Assembly (NCBI GenBank): GCA_945787715.1
Contig: CALZJE010000001.1
Span: forward strand, 11,127-75,126
Length of the DNA: 64,000 nucleotides
DNA from: an uncultured Ectothiorhodospiraceae bacterium
GTDB taxonomy: Bacteria > Pseudomonadota > Gammaproteobacteria > S012-40
Direction: 5' to 3'
Under the pieces are notes generated by a model that did no database searches, was not told the DNA's origin, and worked only from the letters and a program-made list of their open reading frames with translations. A program made the translations under genes and the position numbers. The number at the start of each line of letters is the position of its first letter. Positions within the stretch are counted from its first letter, which is position 1. This document shows positions 60,325 through 64,000 of the stretch, piece after piece.

Positions 60325-61331
60325 TAGAAGCGGATCGATTAATTAGCACCGAGCCTGTTGGGCGCGAAGAGCAATTGTCGGTTTCTATTCGCCCACGCAT
60401 ACTCGATGAGTATATCGGCCAGGAGGCGGTGCGTGGTCAGTTGGAGATTTTTATCGGTGCAGCTAAAATGCGTACCGAGGCATTGGATCATGTTTTGCTT
60501 TATGGCCCTCCAGGGTTAGGTAAAACAACGCTTTCTCATATAATTGCACAGGAGATGGGCGTTAGTATCCGTCAAACTTCTGGTCCAGTGCTGGAAAGGC
60601 CGGGAGATCTCGCCGCAATTTTGACTAATCTTGAGCCAAACGATGTGCTGTTTATTGACGAAATACACCGTCTTGGTTCGGTAGTTGAAGAAGTGTTATA
60701 TCCTGCGATGGAAGATTTTCAGCTGGACATTATGATTGGTGAAGGTCCTGCTGCGCGTTCTATTAAACTTGATTTGCCACCGTTTACTTTAGTTGGCGCA
60801 ACCACAAGAGCGGGATTGTTAACATCTCCCTTACGTGATCGATTTGGGATTGTACAGCGTTTAGAGTTTTACAGCATCGAAGAATTGACAACGATTGTTA
60901 AACGAAGTGCTTCACTGCTTAAAGTGGATATTGATGAAGGCGGGGCAACTGAAATTGCTAGACGTTCACGAGGAACGCCAAGAATTGCAAATCGACTTCT
61001 ACGACGCGTTCGAGATTACGCAGATGTTAAAGCCGATGGCAAAATCAGTGATGATGTGGCAGACCTGGCGCTTTCAATGCTGGATGTGGATAAGCAGGGA
61101 TTTGATTTAATGGATCGCAAGTTAATGCAAACAATGATTGAATCTTTTGACGGCGGCCCAGTCGGATTAGATAGCCTCGCAGCGGCGATCGGTGAGGAGC
61201 GCGGAACGATAGAAGATGTATTGGAGCCTTACTTAATTCAAAAAGGGTATATGATGAGAACGCCAAGAGGTCGAGTGGCTACAAAGAACGCCTATCTTCA
61301 CTTTGGTCTTTTATTTGCGGATGACAATTGA
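60321..61331 (+). CDS. ruvB: Holliday junction DNA helicase RuvB
   Basis: AAA+ Walker [10 protein letters not shown], Walker [10 protein letters not shown], sensor motifs. Confidence 0.95.
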   Translation: MIEADRLISTEPVGREEQLSVSIRPRILDEYIGQEAVRGQLEIFIGAAKMRTEALDHVLLYGPPGLGKTTLSHIIAQEMGVSIRQTSGPVLERPGDLAAILTNLEPNDVLFIDEIHRLGSVVEEVLYPAMEDFQLDIMIGEGPAARSIKLDLPPFTLVGATTRAGLLTSPLRDRFGIVQRLEFYSIEELTTIVKRSASLLKVDIDEGGATEIARRSRGTPRIANRLLRRVRDYADVKADGKISDDVADLALSMLDVDKQGFDLMDRKLMQTMIESFDGGPVGLDSLAAAIGEERGTIEDVLEPYLIQKGYMMRTPRGRVATKNAYLHFGLLFADDN

Positions 61332-61560
61332 CAGAAATTGTCGCAGAAGCACAATCAATCAAAGTGACGTTTAAAAAATTGAGTTTAAAAAAATGTCTAT
61401 AATGCAGCATTGATGGAACAAAAGGCATTTGTCGGTTATTTCATAAAAGTACTAGAATTAATAAAATTGCTTGTTCAAGCAGATGCTTCTGTCGTATCTT
61501 TATGTGCTAAAAAACTGAAAGTCAAATGAATTCCGGAATATTTACTTGAGGAGTTAATGC

Positions 61561-62241
61561 GTGAGCACTGATTTATCTATCATCGGTTTAATTGCCGGTG
61601 CATCACTTTTAGTGCAGATAGTTATGCTGATTCTACTGATAGCGTCGATACTGTCTTGGACGATAATTTTTAGCCGATGGAAATTGTTACGAAAAGCAGA
61701 AGCGAATACTAAAGAGTTTGAAGATCAGTTTTGGAGTGCAGATGACTTGAGTGATTTGTACAAAAAAGTTTCTCAAGTTGAAAAGAAGCCGGGTGAAAAT
61801 GGCGTTGAAACAATTTTCGAAGCTGGCTTTCGTGAATTTGTTCGGCTGCGCAAAGATGATGACTTAACCCCGAAAGTAATTATGGAAGGCGTGCAGCGTA
61901 GTATGCGTGTTTCCATAAACCGTGAAATTGATATTTTGGAAAATCATTTGCCGTTCCTTGCGACGGTGGGTTCCACCAGCCCATATATTGGATTATTTGG
62001 AACAGTGTGGGGGATTATGAATTCGTTTCGTGCACTCGGTAATGCAAAACAAGCAACCTTAGGCATGGTTGCACCAGGTATTGCAGAAGCCTTGATTGCT
62101 ACTGCTATGGGCCTATTTGCTGCAATTCCTGCGGTAATGGCTTACAACAAGTATATTAGTCAGGTCGAGAGATTAACTGGGCGTTACGACGCCTTTTATG
62201 AAGAGTTTTCTAACATATTGCAGCGTCAGGCACATAAGTAG
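61561..62241 (+). CDS. tolQ: Tol-Pal system protein TolQ
   Basis: MotA/TolQ/ExbB three-TM topology and conserved helices. Confidence 0.9.
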   Translation: MSTDLSIIGLIAGASLLVQIVMLILLIASILSWTIIFSRWKLLRKAEANTKEFEDQFWSADDLSDLYKKVSQVEKKPGENGVETIFEAGFREFVRLRKDDDLTPKVIMEGVQRSMRVSINREIDILENHLPFLATVGSTSPYIGLFGTVWGIMNSFRALGNAKQATLGMVAPGIAEALIATAMGLFAAIPAVMAYNKYISQVERLTGRYDAFYEEFSNILQRQAHK

Positions 62242-62678
62242 TGAGTTATCAGCGACGTCCACGTAAAAAGGCAATGGCTGAAATCAATGTTGTTCCATAC
62301 ATTGATGTCATGTTGGTATTGTTAGTGATTTTTGTTATTACCGCGCCTTTGCTCACGCAGGGAGTGCAAGTAGAACTGCCTCAAGCAGCTTCAGAACCTA
62401 TTGATAGTGAAGTGCAAGAACCATTGGTTGTTACTGTTGATTTGAATGGTAATTATTATCTTAATGTTGGGGAGGCCGTAAAATCCCCTATTGATCACCA
62501 AGCTCTTGTGAATAAAGTAGCTGCTATTTTACGATTAAAACCGGAAACTCCAGTGATGGTACGAGGGGATAAAGACGTTAATTATGGGAAAGTTGTCACC
62601 GCAATGGCGCTATTACAGCGCGCAGGTGCGCCAAGTGTCGGATTAATTACTGAAGCACCGGAGCTCATTTCACAATAA
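62241..62678 (+). CDS. tolR: Tol-Pal system protein TolR
   Basis: ExbD/TolR fold; N-terminal transmembrane segment; conserved Asp in VPYIDVMLVLLVIF. Confidence 0.9.
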   Translation: MSYQRRPRKKAMAEINVVPYIDVMLVLLVIFVITAPLLTQGVQVELPQAASEPIDSEVQEPLVVTVDLNGNYYLNVGEAVKSPIDHQALVNKVAAILRLKPETPVMVRGDKDVNYGKVVTAMALLQRAGAPSVGLITEAPELISQ

Positions 62679-62682
62679 CGCC

Positions 62683-63729
62683 ATGTTAATCATAAAAAAA
62701 TACCCCCGTTCTTTTGCTGCAGCCGTAGCACTCCATATATTTCTTGCGATTATTTTTTTGGCAAACATAGAGTTTGATAGCGAACCGGCGATACCCGAAC
62801 AAAAAGAAGTGGATGTTGTTCAAGCGACAGCAGTTAATGAAGAACAAGTACTAGCCGAGTTAGCAAAACTAAAAGCTGCTGAGTTGGCAAAGAAAAAGAA
62901 AGAAGATGCGCGTGTAAATAAGCTTGAGCGAGATGCGGATAAAGCAAAAAAACAGCGGGAAAGAGAACAAAGGCGATTGGCCGAGTTAGAGAAAAAGCGT
63001 AAAGCAGAACAAAAGAAAAAGCAGCAGTTGGAAAAAGAAAGCAAAAACGCAGAGCAAAAGCGTAAACAGGAAGAGAAGAAGCAAAGGGAAGCTGAGAAAC
63101 AGCGAAAAATTGCTGAACAGAAGCAAAAAGACGCTGAAAAAGCTACCGCAAAAGCAGAGAAAGAGCAAAAAGCCGCAGAAACTAAGCGCCGCAAAGAGTT
63201 AGAGCAGCAGCGAATAGCTGAAGCACAACGTCGCAAAGCGGATGAAGAGCGCAAGCGAGCGGAAGCGAAAAAACGCAAAGCTGAAGAAGAACGTAAACGG
63301 GCCGAAGAGATTGAACGGAAAGCTAAAGAAAAAGCGTTACGAGCCATTGAAGAGCAGCAAAGACGTGAGGAAGAGATAGAGCGTCAACGCCAGATGGCTG
63401 AAGAGCAGAAACGACTGAAGGCATCTAGTGACAAAAAAGCGCAAAAAATTATCAATCGCTATGTGGGATTAATTAAACGTCAGGTGGAAAATAATTGGCG
63501 TAAACCCTCAACGGCTACACCAGGTATGTCATGTGACGTGCATGTGCGGTTAATGCCTACGGGAGATATCATTACAGTGGAGGCGAAAAAGTGCACAGGT
63601 GGTGATGCAATTTTTCAGCGAAGTGTTGAGGATGCGGTAAGAGCAGCCGCACCTCTCTCATTACCAACGGATAAAGCATTATTTTCTCAGTTCAGAGAAA
63701 TTAATTTCAAATTTAAACCAGAAAATTAG
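62683..63729 (+). CDS. tolA: Tol-Pal system protein TolA
   Basis: N-terminal transmembrane anchor, very long Lys/Glu/Ala-rich helical domain II, and C-terminal TolA domain III. Confidence 0.8.
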   Translation: MLIIKKYPRSFAAAVALHIFLAIIFLANIEFDSEPAIPEQKEVDVVQATAVNEEQVLAELAKLKAAELAKKKKEDARVNKLERDADKAKKQREREQRRLAELEKKRKAEQKKKQQLEKESKNAEQKRKQEEKKQREAEKQRKIAEQKQKDAEKATAKAEKEQKAAETKRRKELEQQRIAEAQRRKADEERKRAEAKKRKAEEERKRAEEIERKAKEKALRAIEEQQRREEEIERQRQMAEEQKRLKASSDKKAQKIINRYVGLIKRQVENNWRKPSTATPGMSCDVHVRLMPTGDIITVEAKKCTGGDAIFQRSVEDAVRAAAPLSLPTDKALFSQFREINFKFKPEN

Positions 63730-64000
63730 AGGTCTTTAATTTGCGTAGAAATGTAGATTGAGTGTTTCGTTAAAATTGTGTGAAGGTCACCCTGGATTTA
63801 AAAAATACTAGGCACTAATCTTCTTGCAGAAAATTTTTGGAAAAATTGTCGCATTTGCGTAAGATAGCTTGCTAGATTTTCATTTAAATTCATATGCGAT
63901 TGCAAAGCGATCAAATTGTTGTCGAAAGTAAATTCAAAGGTGTTGGGTTGATTAAAAAACTAGCTTTTATTTTCATGTTGTGTGTTTTTGGCGGAGGAAA

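Noticed and set aside
62820-63347. 175-aa minus-strand ORF rich in Ala, Phe and Ser inside tolA.
   Set aside because: It is the antisense reading of the Lys/Glu/Ala-repeat domain II of TolA, a classic compositional artefact.

Overview
This 64-kb window looks like chromosomal DNA from a low-GC (about 38-40%) gammaproteobacterium. It is densely coded and mostly made of conserved housekeeping genes, with no integrase, transposase, CRISPR array or tRNA gene.

Core genes and synteny:
- pilMNOPQ-aroK-aroB-dgt-like on the minus strand
- mrcA (PBP1A) and a short-form malic enzyme
- rpmE, rhlB / trxA / rho, rsmE, and an iscR-like regulator followed directly by iscU
- xthA, pyrE, slmA, argB, a phosphomannomutase, dut, coaBC, radC
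- rpmB and rpmG (rpmG is under 60 aa and missing from the ORF track), yebC-ruvCAB, and tolQRA

Less conserved, accessory-like stretches are interleaved with these:
(a) An overlapping two-gene module (17836-18980). It pairs a 170-aa membrane protein resembling only the C-terminal helices X-XII of a heme-copper oxidase subunit I, including the H-x-H heme-ligand motif, with a Cys-motif cytoplasmic protein.
(b) A minus-strand operon (27095-30552) of a Met/His-rich lipoprotein, an outer-membrane beta-barrel protein and a TlpA-like redoxin lipoprotein. It sits divergently from a TetR regulator and a GST, and is a candidate copper or metal handling system.
(c) An OxyR gene divergent from a rubrerythrin / rubredoxin / rubredoxin-reductase operon. 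The rubredoxin (54 aa) is also missing from the ORF track.
(d) A GGDEF-EAL sensor translationally coupled to a periplasmic binding protein, next to an orphan OmpR-family response regulator.
(e) A run of hypothetical genes (36714-39986) that contains a GC-rich, roughly 100-nt imperfect palindrome.

Other directly visible features are an in-frame (SNE)x8 9-bp tandem repeat inside PBP1A, a 22-bp x4.3 intergenic tandem repeat, and several intrinsic terminators. The function of every accessory module is inferred from sequence motifs only.
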